Source: Capsulimonadaceae bacterium (GTDB lineage Bacteria > Armatimonadota > Armatimonadia > Armatimonadales > Capsulimonadaceae). Taken from it: a stretch of DNA of 64,000 bases. Below are positions 26,802 to 36,329 of the stretch, piece after piece. Made by a program: the position numbers and the translations under genes. The DNA lies in the NCBI GenBank assembly GCA_965215505.1, contig OZ244065.1:2208001-2272000 (forward strand). Reading direction: 5' to 3'. The notes under the pieces are model-generated. The model had not been told where the DNA came from. It saw only the letters and a list, made by a program, of their open reading frames with translations, and did not search any database. Within the stretch, counting starts at the first letter, position 1. Every line of letters starts with the position of its first letter.

Positions 26802-28864
26802 TTTTGGCTCCATGAGAACATCCGAGGCAGGCCGTACTTCTTGCCGACGGCTTCAATGAGTTCGTTGCTGAGACGCCAGCTCATGATGCGGTTCTGCATC
26901 ACGACGACGCCGCAGCCATTCTGAAGGTCGGTCATGTGGTTGGCGTAGAATCCATACGAATCCCCGCCGTGAAAGAAGTAGTCCGTGTCCTCACTCTTGA
27001 TCAGGCCCAGCACTCGCTTTGGTCCGGCCACTCGCTGCCACAGATCGCGCCGCTCGGCGGGGAGAATCGCGTTCGGCTTCCCAGCCACGAGCAGATGCAT
27101 CTGGCCGAGCATCCGGGCGAAGTCCCCTGCGGTGGTCCAGAGGCCCGTCTCGCCCTGTTCGGGATAAACGTGGACCCCGTCCAGCATCAGCTCGCCGGTG
27201 GAGTAGTGGCCGAGCGCGGCGTTCACCGCAGGCAGTTCTTCGTAGGTGCTGTGGGTCATACCGCAGGGCAGGAAGATCTCTTCACGCATCAGGTCGGCGA
27301 AGGGCCTGCCGACCGCGTCCACGATCACCTGCTCCAGAACGGCCTGATCGACTCCCGCCCCCACAAAGGCTGTGCCTGGCTCCGACTTGACTTGGAGCGG
27401 CTCCATCTCCGCCGGGTCGGCCCCATGCAGGAGCGCGGCCAGCGTGGGCCGCGCCGCGCCGGGCCGATAGCCGGCGAACTTGTACTGGGTCAGCCCGCTG
27501 GTGCCGTTCAGCAGGTCCAGGACTTTGACCTGACGGTTTTTTGTGAAGTCATTGCCGGGGATCTTTGCCCCCTGGAGGTAGGCGTTCACGTCCCGGTCCA
27601 GATCCAGTCTACCCGACCCGGCCAGCCGCAGCGCGAGCAGGTTGACGAGCGGGCTGCCCATGCCTCCCGCCTGGAAGCGCGTGTCCTCGTCCACCGGCTC
27701 GCCGGTCTCGGTGCTCCTCACGCCGAACGCGCCGACCTCGGCGACGGTGCCGTCCTGGATGCGGGCGATGGAGACGGCGGGGACGTGGTAGAACCGCATC
27801 CGGTCGGCCAGCGTCCACCCCTTGCCATCAGCCATGATTTTCAGATCGCGGAAGCCCGGCCCCTGCGCCGTGCCGGGCGGGGCGGGCGCGAAGTCATCGG
27901 AGGGGCGTTTAGGCCGGCCATGGAAGGTGAGGGTGTCGTTCTTACCCACGAGACGGCCTCGCAGCGCGTCGCCGTCAAACACGGCTTCCCCGTCCCGCGC
28001 ACCGCATAGGGGATTGTCCGGCAGGTGGAACGTGAGCCTCTGGCCTTCGCGCCGGACATCGGCTGCGTTCAGCACTCCGGCCGCCGCGCGGAATGATGCC
28101 GTGGGCGGGTGGCTGTCGAGATCGAATGTGGCATCCACCTTGAGCGGGTCGTCGCGATCCGCGACCTCCGTTTTCCATGTCCTGGCGGTAGCCGCCGTAG
28201 CCTCACCGGCCGCTTTCGCCGGTTTGGGCGCATCCGGTTTGGGCACATAGTGGATGCCGACGCAGGAGACGCGGACCTCGACGGCGTCGGCGACCAGGTC
28301 CGTCGGGATGCCCGCGCTGATGCCGAGTTTGGTCCGGCTGACCTTGAAATGGGTGCGGAGGACGAGTACGTCGCCCTCGAACTGACCGTTCGTGCGCTCC
28401 GCCGCCCGGCCCGGAAAGAAGCTGGCCGTGACGGGGACGGTCATGGGGAGGGTGATCCCCTTGCAGACGAAGTCCGCCTGGACCATGCCCTGATAGACAT
28501 TGGGCGCGGGGTTCGTGACGGACAGGACTTTCTTGAGGATGAACGCGATGGTCGGGTACTTCTTGCCTTCCAGGGCGAACCCGCGCGCCGTCGCGGTATA
28601 GCCCTCGTTGGCGAACTGGACGCTGTCCACGGCGACCTCGATGCTCCCGACAGTCGCCTTCGGGTGGGCGGGGTCAAACCGCACCGTGCCGGAGATGCCT
28701 TTCGCGTAGCCGAAGATGGGTTCCAGATTGGAGTCAATCGTCAGGCTGACCGCGCTGATCTCCTTGGGGTCCTTGTAGTCGAATGTCATGCCTTCCGCCT
28801 CACTCCTCCGTGCCACCAGTAGGGCCAAGATCAGCCCGAACATCATCAGTGCCTCACATCGCAT
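26798..28864 (-). CDS. YceI domain - serine hydrolase (beta-lactamase fold) fusion
   Basis: Signal peptide; YceI-like N-terminal half; C-terminal half has VPAVSIA, TRFQAG, LDLDRDVNAYL, GMTHSTY, GLWTTAGD and HGG. Confidence 0.8.
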   Translation of the reverse strand: MRCEALMMFGLILALLVARRSEAEGMTFDYKDPKEISAVSLTIDSNLEPIFGYAKGISGTVRFDPAHPKATVGSIEVAVDSVQFANEGYTATARGFALEGKKYPTIAFILKKVLSVTNPAPNVYQGMVQADFVCKGITLPMTVPVTASFFPGRAAERTNGQFEGDVLVLRTHFKVSRTKLGISAGIPTDLVADAVEVRVSCVGIHYVPKPDAPKPAKAAGEATAATARTWKTEVADRDDPLKVDATFDLDSHPPTASFRAAAGVLNAADVRREGQRLTFHLPDNPLCGARDGEAVFDGDALRGRLVGKNDTLTFHGRPKRPSDDFAPAPPGTAQGPGFRDLKIMADGKGWTLADRMRFYHVPAVSIARIQDGTVAEVGAFGVRSTETGEPVDEDTRFQAGGMGSPLVNLLALRLAGSGRLDLDRDVNAYLQGAKIPGNDFTKNRQVKVLDLLNGTSGLTQYKFAGYRPGAARPTLAALLHGADPAEMEPLQVKSEPGTAFVGAGVDQAVLEQVIVDAVGRPFADLMREEIFLPCGMTHSTYEELPAVNAALGHYSTGELMLDGVHVYPEQGETGLWTTAGDFARMLGQMHLLVAGKPNAILPAERRDLWQRVAGPKRVLGLIKSEDTDYFFHGGDSYGFYANHMTDLQNGCGVVVMQNRIMSWRLSNELIEAVGKKYGLPRMFSWSQK

Positions 28865-29051
28865 TCTGTCGTCTTCCCTCCTGTCGCTTGAAATACAGTG
28901 GGATATGTACGCCGACGGCGCAGACCGCACAGAATTGTGGGGGCGGACGGAATTATTTTCGGCGGCAAGGAATGTGCGTGGCGTATGGTTAATCGTGCAA
29001 GCGGTCGCGGACACCGCCCGTGCCGGCTTTTCTCGCAGAGGAGACAACACA

Positions 29052-31097
29052 TTGCCCGACACTTTGACCGCCGCCGAACTGGTCTCCAGCCGGTTCCGGC
29101 AGATCCACCTGGACTTCCACACGTCGCCCGAGATCCCCGATGTGGGCCGGGACTTCGACGCGGACGTATTCGGGGACACCCTGGCAGAAGCGCGCGTCAA
29201 CTGGGTGACGCTGTTCGGCAAGTGCCACCACGGCATGAGCTACTACCCGACGAAGGCCGGCGTCATGCACCCGAGCCTGAAGTTCGACCTCTTGGGGGCG
29301 CAGGTTGAGGCCTGCAAGCGGCGCGGGATCGCCGCCCCGGTGTACCTCTCGGTGCGGGTGGACCAGCACATGGGCCTGACGCGGCCCGACCTGATCTGCC
29401 GGCTCTCCGACGGAAGGCTGTGGGGGCCGAACGCGCACGAGGCGTCGTGGTATCAGGTCTGCATGAACAACGCCGAATATGTGGACTATCTGGCGGCGCA
29501 GACGGAAGAGGTCTTTTCGAACTACGACGCGGACGGCATCTTCTACGACATGTGCTACTACCCGCCGGACCCCGGCTGCTTCTGCGAGAAGTGCCTGGCG
29601 CGGCTGGAGAAGTCGGGGCATTCGCGGGATGACGCACAGGCGCACCGGCAGCAGACGTGGGAGATCATGCGCGAGTACACGACGCGGCTGGCGAAGCTGT
29701 GTCGTCAGCTCAAGCCGAACGCGACGACGTTCTTCAACGCCCGCATCAGCCCGAACGTCCACCGGGAGCTGGACGTGCTGACGCAGCTCGAGATCGAGTC
29801 GCTGACGACGGGCGGCTGGGGGTATCTCTTCTTCCCGGCCTGGTCCCGGCTGGTCCGCACCTACCCGCGCCCGATCCAGGGGATGACGGCGCGGTTCCAC
29901 AAGTCCTGGGCCGACTTCGGCGGGCTGAAGACCGTGCCGCAGCTCGGCTACGAGGCCGCGACGATCCTGGCGGCGGGGGGCGTGGTCAACATCGGCGACC
30001 AGCTCCACCCGCGCGGGACACTGGACCGAGGGGCGTACCAGGTGATCGGCGAGGTCTTCCGCCGGGTGGAGGCGATGGAGCCGTACTGCCTGGGTGCCGT
30101 CCCGCAGGCGGACATCACCGTCCTGCTGCTGCCCGAGGCGGCGTCGGTAGACCAGACGCACAAGGGGGGCATGAACATCGCCGCCGTCGGTCATTCCTTT
30201 GAGGGCGCGGCGGCGACGCTGGCGGCCCTGAAGCAGCAGTGGAACGGGGAGACGCCGGACCGGGACAACCTGGCGCGGTACAAGCTGGTCATCATCCCGG
30301 ACGGCGGCATCCTGGAAGAGGACATGCGGGCGAAGCTCGCGGCCTTCCGGGCGGGCGGCGGGGCCGTGCTGTTCTCGCACGAGGCGACGCTGGCGGGCGG
30401 GGCGTTCGCGCTGCCGGACTCGCCGGTCGAGTACGAGGGTCCTTGCCCGTACACGCCGTCCTACATGAAGCTGGGGGAGACGCTGGGGGCGGGCGAGCCG
30501 GACACCGAGTTCGTCAATTACCAGCCCGGCTCGTATGTGAAGCCTACGGCGGGGGCGGAGGCCTTGGGTGAGGTGTGGCGGCCCTACTTCAACCGGACGC
30601 CGGGGCACTTCTCGTCGCACGCCCAGACGCCCGTGGACAAGCCGACCGGGCACCCGGTCGCGGTGCTGTCGGCGGACCGCAGGACGGCCTACGTCTACGC
30701 GGCCCTGTTCAAAGGCTACCGCGAGGACGGCTTCTATCTGTACAAGGCCATGGCGGGGCGGCTGCTGGACGTCCTGCTGCCAGATCCGCTGGTACGGGCC
30801 GGGGCGAACGTCCCCGCCGCCATGGAGATCGCCGTTCTGCGTCAGGAGGCCGAGAACAGGCTGATCGTCCATCTGGTGAGCTTCCAGCCGCAGCGGCGGA
30901 TGGTGGCCAGCGAGTTCATCGAGGACGCCGTGGCCCTGCGCGACGTGTCGTTCGCCTTGCGGACCGAGGCGGCCCCGGCCCGCGTCTTCCTGGCCCCGTC
31001 GGGGGAGGCTCTGCCGTTCCGGCAGGAGGGCCGCTACTGCCGCGTCACGGTGCCGATCGTGCTGACCGCGCAGGCGGTCGTGTTCGAGGGCGTGTAG
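29052..31097 (+). CDS. Glycoside hydrolase-like protein (GHL6/GH42-like with trimerisation domain)
   Basis: RFRQIHLDFHTS, FGKCHHGMSYYPT, DGIFYD and RFHKSWADFGG; TTG start after AGAGGAG. Confidence 0.82.
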   Translation: MPDTLTAAELVSSRFRQIHLDFHTSPEIPDVGRDFDADVFGDTLAEARVNWVTLFGKCHHGMSYYPTKAGVMHPSLKFDLLGAQVEACKRRGIAAPVYLSVRVDQHMGLTRPDLICRLSDGRLWGPNAHEASWYQVCMNNAEYVDYLAAQTEEVFSNYDADGIFYDMCYYPPDPGCFCEKCLARLEKSGHSRDDAQAHRQQTWEIMREYTTRLAKLCRQLKPNATTFFNARISPNVHRELDVLTQLEIESLTTGGWGYLFFPAWSRLVRTYPRPIQGMTARFHKSWADFGGLKTVPQLGYEAATILAAGGVVNIGDQLHPRGTLDRGAYQVIGEVFRRVEAMEPYCLGAVPQADITVLLLPEAASVDQTHKGGMNIAAVGHSFEGAAATLAALKQQWNGETPDRDNLARYKLVIIPDGGILEEDMRAKLAAFRAGGGAVLFSHEATLAGGAFALPDSPVEYEGPCPYTPSYMKLGETLGAGEPDTEFVNYQPGSYVKPTAGAEALGEVWRPYFNRTPGHFSSHAQTPVDKPTGHPVAVLSADRRTAYVYAALFKGYREDGFYLYKAMAGRLLDVLLPDPLVRAGANVPAAMEIAVLRQEAENRLIVHLVSFQPQRRMVASEFIEDAVALRDVSFALRTEAAPARVFLAPSGEALPFRQEGRYCRVTVPIVLTAQAVVFEGV

Positions 31098-31163
31098 TGC
31101 GGCGGACGTGCGGCGAAGGCGGAACCGTGCTATAATAGTGGTGCAATTAGAAAGGCACTACCA

Positions 31164-32975
31164 ATGTTCGTCCCGCGCACAAGCGGTTTCTCTCCTTCGG
31201 CCCCCGCGCTGACCAGGGCCTGTCTGAGCGGCGCGCTGCTGGCCGCGCTGCTCCTCGCCCAGACGCCCTCCGCGCGGGCGGTGGGGGCCTGGACCCCGCT
31301 CGCCAACCAGGCGCCGGAGGCGATCGGCACGATGCTTCTGCTGACGGACGGGACGGTCCTGGCCCAGGGCACGTCCGGCGTACACGACGACGGGGTCAGC
31401 GCCCACTGGTTCAGACTGACCCCGGACGCTTCGGGGAGTTACGCGAACGGCACCTGGACGCGGCTGGCCGACATGCACCACGGGCGTCTCTATTACGCCT
31501 CCGCCGTCCTGCGGAACGGCCAGGTCCTTGTGGCGGGCGGCGAGTACACTGAGGCCGGCTATGTGGACACCAACACGGCGGAAACCTATGACCCGGTGGC
31601 CGACGCCTGGACCGAGATCCTCGGGCCGCCCGGATGGGGCAGCATCGGCGACGCCCCGGTGAAGACCCTGTTCGACGGCACCGTCCTGCTTGGCAACATC
31701 TTCTCCGGCCAGACCGGGCTATACGACTACACGGCCAACACCTGGGCGGTGGGCGGGAGCGCGGCGGCCGTCAATGACGAGGCGAGCTGGGCGCTGCTGC
31801 CGGACCAGACGGTGCTGTCGCTAGACATCAGCCGAAGCCCGCTAGCCGAGAAGTACGTCCCCTCCCTCAAAGCCTGGGTCAGCGCCGGGCAGTCCCCCGT
31901 GAACGTGGTGCAGACCAGTTCCAATGAGATCGGTCCGGGCGTCCTGCTGGCCGACGGCCGGTGCCTCTTCATCGGCGCGACCGGCCACACCGCCCTGTAC
32001 ACGATGCCACCGTCCCCCACCCTGCCGGGGACGTGGCAGGCCGGGCCGGACTTCCCCGCCGACGCCCTGGGGAACCAGCTGGAGGCCAAAGACGCTCCCG
32101 CCTGCCTCATGGTCAACGGGAAGGTCCTGTGTCTGGTCGCCCCACACGGCAACGACAACGGCGGCTACCCGAACGGGCAGCAGTTCTTCGAGTACACGCC
32201 CGACCCGAACGGCGGCGCGGGGACGCTGACGGCGGCCCCTGATGCGGGCCTGGACTGCCCCGACACACCTGCCTTCACCGGGCGGATGCTGGCCCTGCCG
32301 AGCGGGCAGGTGCTTTACAGCAACTTCAACTCGCAGCTCGCCGTCTACACCCCCGACGGCGGCCCTCAGCCGTCGTGGAATCCGGCCGTTTCGGGCGTCT
32401 CGATGAACGCGGACGGCTCCTATCAGGTGTCCGGGACGCAGTTCAACGGGCTGTCCGAGGGGGCCTACTACGGCGACGATGCCTCCGAGTCAAGCAACTA
32501 CCCGCTGGTGCGGCTGACGGATGGGGCGGGGGTCGTCCGTTACGCGCGCACCTTCAACCATAGCACGATGGGCGTGGCGACGGGGGGGCTGCCGGTCTCG
32601 ACAAACTTCACCTCGCCGCCGCCAGGCAGCTATCAGCTCCAGGTGGTCGCGAACGGCATCGCCTCCGCCCCGGTGAGCTTGACGGTGCCGGCCACGCCGG
32701 CCGCGCTGACGTTCCCCGCCTCGGTCCCGTGCGGCACGGTGGTGACGGCGACGCTGACACTCAGCGCCCCCGCCCCCGCCGACACGACGGTCGGCCTGTC
32801 CAGCAGCGACCCGGCGGCGGGGCGCGTCCCCCAAACGGTCCTCGTGCCGGCGGGGGCGAGCAGCGCGACGTTCCCGCTGGGCACGTTCCGCAGCCACACG
32901 ACCAGGACGGTGACGGTCCAGGCGACGCTGGGGTCGGTGGCTCAGACGGCGAGCCTCACGGTCATGGGCAGATAG
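31164..32975 (+). CDS. Secreted kelch-repeat protein with C-terminal Ig-like domain
   Basis: Signal peptide; repeated LxDGxVL kelch blades (LRNGQVLVAGGEY); YGDD...NYPLVRL. Confidence 0.82.
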   Translation: MFVPRTSGFSPSAPALTRACLSGALLAALLLAQTPSARAVGAWTPLANQAPEAIGTMLLLTDGTVLAQGTSGVHDDGVSAHWFRLTPDASGSYANGTWTRLADMHHGRLYYASAVLRNGQVLVAGGEYTEAGYVDTNTAETYDPVADAWTEILGPPGWGSIGDAPVKTLFDGTVLLGNIFSGQTGLYDYTANTWAVGGSAAAVNDEASWALLPDQTVLSLDISRSPLAEKYVPSLKAWVSAGQSPVNVVQTSSNEIGPGVLLADGRCLFIGATGHTALYTMPPSPTLPGTWQAGPDFPADALGNQLEAKDAPACLMVNGKVLCLVAPHGNDNGGYPNGQQFFEYTPDPNGGAGTLTAAPDAGLDCPDTPAFTGRMLALPSGQVLYSNFNSQLAVYTPDGGPQPSWNPAVSGVSMNADGSYQVSGTQFNGLSEGAYYGDDASESSNYPLVRLTDGAGVVRYARTFNHSTMGVATGGLPVSTNFTSPPPGSYQLQVVANGIASAPVSLTVPATPAALTFPASVPCGTVVTATLTLSAPAPADTTVGLSSSDPAAGRVPQTVLVPAGASSATFPLGTFRSHTTRTVTVQATLGSVAQTASLTVMGR

Positions 32976-32993
32976 GAATCACGGGGAGGCAAA

Positions 32994-33287
32994 ATGGTGG
33001 AGCATCTGGTACTGTTCCGTTGGAAGGATGACGCCCCGGAGGGGGCGAAGGCGCGGGTGGAGGAGGAGCTGCGCGCGCTCCAGGGCAGGATACCGGGCAT
33101 CCGGGACCTGACCTACGGGGCGAACTTCAGCACCCGCTCGCAGGGCTTCACGCACGCGCTCACCGTCCGTTTCGAGGACCGGGCCGCGCTGGAGGTCTAC
33201 TCCCCACACCCCGCCCATCAGCGGGTCGTGCAGGAATTCATCGCGCCGATCCGGGCGGATACGCTGGTGGTGGATTACGAGATTTAA
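32994..33287 (+). CDS. Dabb (stress-responsive A/B barrel) protein
   Basis: MVEHLVLFRWK...GFTHAL...YSPHPAHQ. Confidence 0.9.
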   Translation: MVEHLVLFRWKDDAPEGAKARVEEELRALQGRIPGIRDLTYGANFSTRSQGFTHALTVRFEDRAALEVYSPHPAHQRVVQEFIAPIRADTLVVDYEI

Positions 33288-33302
33288 CGTCACGCAGAGC
33301 AG

Positions 33303-33336
33303 GGCCGCCCGTCTCACAGGAGACGGGCGGCCTTTT
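33303..33336 (+). terminator. Intrinsic terminator between convergent genes
   Basis: GGCCGCCCGTCTC-ACAG-GAGACGGGCGGCC followed by TTTT. Confidence 0.85.
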
Positions 33337-33341
33337 CGTCG

Positions 33342-33956
33342 TCAGGCGGGCAGGGTCTGGGTGTCGAATCGGATGAAGACCCAGCGGGCGACGGGCGGGG
33401 CCGGGGCGGCGGGGGTAAAATAGAAGACGAGCGCGCCATCCTGGCCGGTCTGGTTCTGGTGCCCGCTGCCGGGGGCCTCGCCGGAGTTCATGTGGATGTC
33501 GTGCAGGCCGGTCCCGTCCGAATAGGTGTGCCCGTAGGCGGCCATCTGGGCGCAGGTCTGGGCGTAGCCGGTCATGAGGGTCTGCAAGTCACCCTGCTGG
33601 ATGGGCTTGAAGTCGGCGTTTTTCAGGCCAAGGGTGGCGTAAGAAAGCGGAGTCGGCGTGAAGCCAGGGGCGGGCAGGCTTTTGCCAGTGAGGTCTTCTT
33701 CCCAGGTGGTAAACAGGACATTGGATTGGTCGGCGGAGTGGACGTTGAAGGCGCACTCGTAGACGCCCGCGACCGGGCCGGTCGGGACGCGAATCCAGAG
33801 GTAGACGTGGTTATTGTCGGGCCGCGTTTTGCCTTCCGGGACGAGCGTGAGGTGGTCGAACGGGCCGACAAGCTCCCCGAACCGGCTCGGCGGCAGGCCG
33901 ACTCCGGCCGAGCGCTTGCGGTTAAACACATGGGTTACGGGCGATGATTGGCTCAT
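33342..33956 (-). CDS. DUF2278/YukJ-like protein
   Basis: GLHDIHMNSG, QDGALVFYF and F-x-F-x-TQ motifs. Confidence 0.75.
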   Translation of the reverse strand: MSQSSPVTHVFNRKRSAGVGLPPSRFGELVGPFDHLTLVPEGKTRPDNNHVYLWIRVPTGPVAGVYECAFNVHSADQSNVLFTTWEEDLTGKSLPAPGFTPTPLSYATLGLKNADFKPIQQGDLQTLMTGYAQTCAQMAAYGHTYSDGTGLHDIHMNSGEAPGSGHQNQTGQDGALVFYFTPAAPAPPVARWVFIRFDTQTLPA

Positions 33957-33982
33957 GGGCGTTTCTCTTCAAAAGTCGCCCG

Positions 33983-34801
33983 TCAAGCTTCGGCCTCGAC
34001 GGGGTTGGTCAGCGCGCCGATCTTTTCCACCTCGACGCTCACCACGTCGCCGGGCCGGAGCCAGCGGGGGGGAGTGCGGGCCATGCCGACGCCGTGCGGG
34101 GTGCCGGTGAGGATGACCGTTCCGGGCAGCAGGGTGGCGCTGGCCGAGAGGAACGCGATCAGCTCGGGCACGTCGAAGATCATGTCGCGCGTGGTCCAGT
34201 CCTGGACGACCTCGCTGACGCCTTCGCCGTCGGTCAGGGTCGTCTTGAGGCCCAGGGCGTTGGGGTCGGGGATGTCGCCCGCCGTCACGAGGCAGGGGCC
34301 GAGCGGGCAGAAGGTGTCGAAGCTCTTGCCGCGCGTCCACTGGCTGCCGCCACGCGCGATCTGCCAGTCGCGGGCACTGACGTCGTTCGCGGCGGTGTAC
34401 CCCAGCACATACTCCAGCGCCCGGTCGGCGTGGACGTTCTTGCAAGTCCGGCCGATGACGACGGCCAGCTCGCCTTCATAGTCCACCTGGTCCGAGCGGA
34501 GGAAGGTGGGGAGCAGGATGGGGTCGCCGGGGTTCTGGAGCGTGTTCAAGGTCTTGGCGAACACGATGGGATATTCAGGCGGCGTGGCGTGGGTCTCGGC
34601 GGCGTGGCGGCGGTAGTTCAGGCCGATGCCGAGGATGGCGGTGGGCACGACCGGCGCGAGCAGTTTTTGGATGTCGGCGCGTCGGTCAGTGACATGCCAC
34701 TCGGCGTACAAGTCGCCTTCGATGTCATACACGAAGCCGTCGGGCAGACGCGCGGCGTGGCGGGCCCCGCCGTCGGCGGCGAGGTAGCGGATGATTTTCA
34801 T
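33983..34801 (-). CDS. Fumarylacetoacetate hydrolase family protein
   Basis: GLNYRRH, DYEGELAVVIG, NDVSARDWQ, GKSFDTF and ILTGTP. Confidence 0.95.
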   Translation of the reverse strand: MKIIRYLAADGGARHAARLPDGFVYDIEGDLYAEWHVTDRRADIQKLLAPVVPTAILGIGLNYRRHAAETHATPPEYPIVFAKTLNTLQNPGDPILLPTFLRSDQVDYEGELAVVIGRTCKNVHADRALEYVLGYTAANDVSARDWQIARGGSQWTRGKSFDTFCPLGPCLVTAGDIPDPNALGLKTTLTDGEGVSEVVQDWTTRDMIFDVPELIAFLSASATLLPGTVILTGTPHGVGMARTPPRWLRPGDVVSVEVEKIGALTNPVEAEA

Positions 34802-35046
34802 GGGCCTTCCTTCTGCCGCCGGAGCGGATCACTCGGCTGCATTATAGCACAGCGCGGGCTTTGTTCGGATTCAGGGTGATTCTCTGCGAGGCAGGAGCCG
34901 GCTCCCTGCACGGACCGACAGCCCTAGGTGCGGACGACCCTAAGCGAGGCAATGTCCGGATCGCCCTCGGGGCGGCCGCGGGCGTCACCGCCGTGGACAT
35001 CCGAGACGCCTCGAAACTGGGCGGCGAAGGCTGAAAGCGGCTCCGC

Positions 35047-36078
35047 TCAGAACACCGAGGTCACTTGGAGGGCGTGTGCGGTCTTCGCCCCCTCGCCGGG
35101 GAGCATGTAGGCGTACTTGTTGGAAAACCCGTAGGTGAATTGGATGCCCCGGTAGGTCAGCCCAAGCCCGCCGGTCAGGTCGCCCGCGAACAGCCCGGCG
35201 CGCAGGGTCAGGGTGCCGAGTTTCTTGACGCCGAAGCTCTTTTCCACACCGGCCTCGTAGGCATAGCGCGCGGTCCGCAATCCTGCCCCACTCACCTTAT
35301 CCGACTCGTAGTCCATCAGGAACTTCGTGGAAGAGTCGGGGAACACGCCAAGCCCGATCCGCGCGGAGTCCGCATGGAACTTGTACCGCTGGGCCGGGAA
35401 CGAAACGGAGGGAAAGGACTGTTTGACCCTCTCGCCGTAGGAGTCCACGGCAAGCCCGAGGGACAGCTTGGGCGCGGGCGAGTAGAGTACGCCGAGCCGC
35501 CCGCCGGCGCCCGAAGGCCGGCTTTCCAGCCGGGTCAGCACGCCGCCCGAGGGAAGGAAGTAGTCGGACCTGGTCGAGAGGTAGGACAGGCCGGCACCCA
35601 CGGACACGCGCGGGGCGACCCGCCAGGCGTATTCCAGAGACGGGTCCACTTCGCGCGTGTTCAGCGAGAGCGGTGTGCCCGTCAGGGCGCCGGAGCCGCG
35701 GACGGTCACAAGCCCGAGTTTGAAGACGCCGTTGGGCTTTTTCCGGTCAACCGGCTGCTCATAGCCGAGGACGGCAAGAGTGATCGTGGGGAGACGTGAG
35801 AACTTGGTGGCGGTACCGTTCGCCATGAAGGCGGGCCGGGTGGCGACGACGAGGCAGGCGGGGTTCGTGCCCCAGTCCGCCCGGCTGTCGGCGACCGAGG
35901 CGTTGCCGAGCGACCAGTGATCAATGCTGTTCGGGCTCCCGCCGCCCCAGAAGTGCGGCAGCAGATAGTTCTGGGGGCTGACGGGTACTCCAGGCGGGAG
36001 GTGCTGGGACCGGGCGCAGCCCACGGAAGCGGCGAAGAGGAGGGCGGAAGCGGCGAGAGTCGTGCGGGTCATCGTCAT
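35047..36078 (-). CDS. Probable outer-membrane beta-barrel protein
   Basis: Signal peptide; NPA motif; alternating beta strands; C-terminal Phe; GGGAGG RBS. Confidence 0.65.
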   Translation of the reverse strand: MTMTRTTLAASALLFAASVGCARSQHLPPGVPVSPQNYLLPHFWGGGSPNSIDHWSLGNASVADSRADWGTNPACLVVATRPAFMANGTATKFSRLPTITLAVLGYEQPVDRKKPNGVFKLGLVTVRGSGALTGTPLSLNTREVDPSLEYAWRVAPRVSVGAGLSYLSTRSDYFLPSGGVLTRLESRPSGAGGRLGVLYSPAPKLSLGLAVDSYGERVKQSFPSVSFPAQRYKFHADSARIGLGVFPDSSTKFLMDYESDKVSGAGLRTARYAYEAGVEKSFGVKKLGTLTLRAGLFAGDLTGGLGLTYRGIQFTYGFSNKYAYMLPGEGAKTAHALQVTSVF

Positions 36079-36329
36079 GCGGGCCTCCCAGACGGGGTAC
36101 TCCGGGGCCGAGTTTGACGCGGGGCCACGAGAGCGGGATGAGGGGGAGCGCAATCGAGGCGGCAGAACACTCCTTCCTCAATCATAACATGGGGGCAGTC
36201 GGAAGTCAAGAGGGCCGATGGTCCGGTGTGGAGGAAAGAAGCTCGAATGTCGCCGCAGAGGCAGGAATTCTACCCCGGCAGGGCGAAAGCCTCCCGGAAG
36301 CCGTAACATCTCCCAGCGAGTCACGCCCT

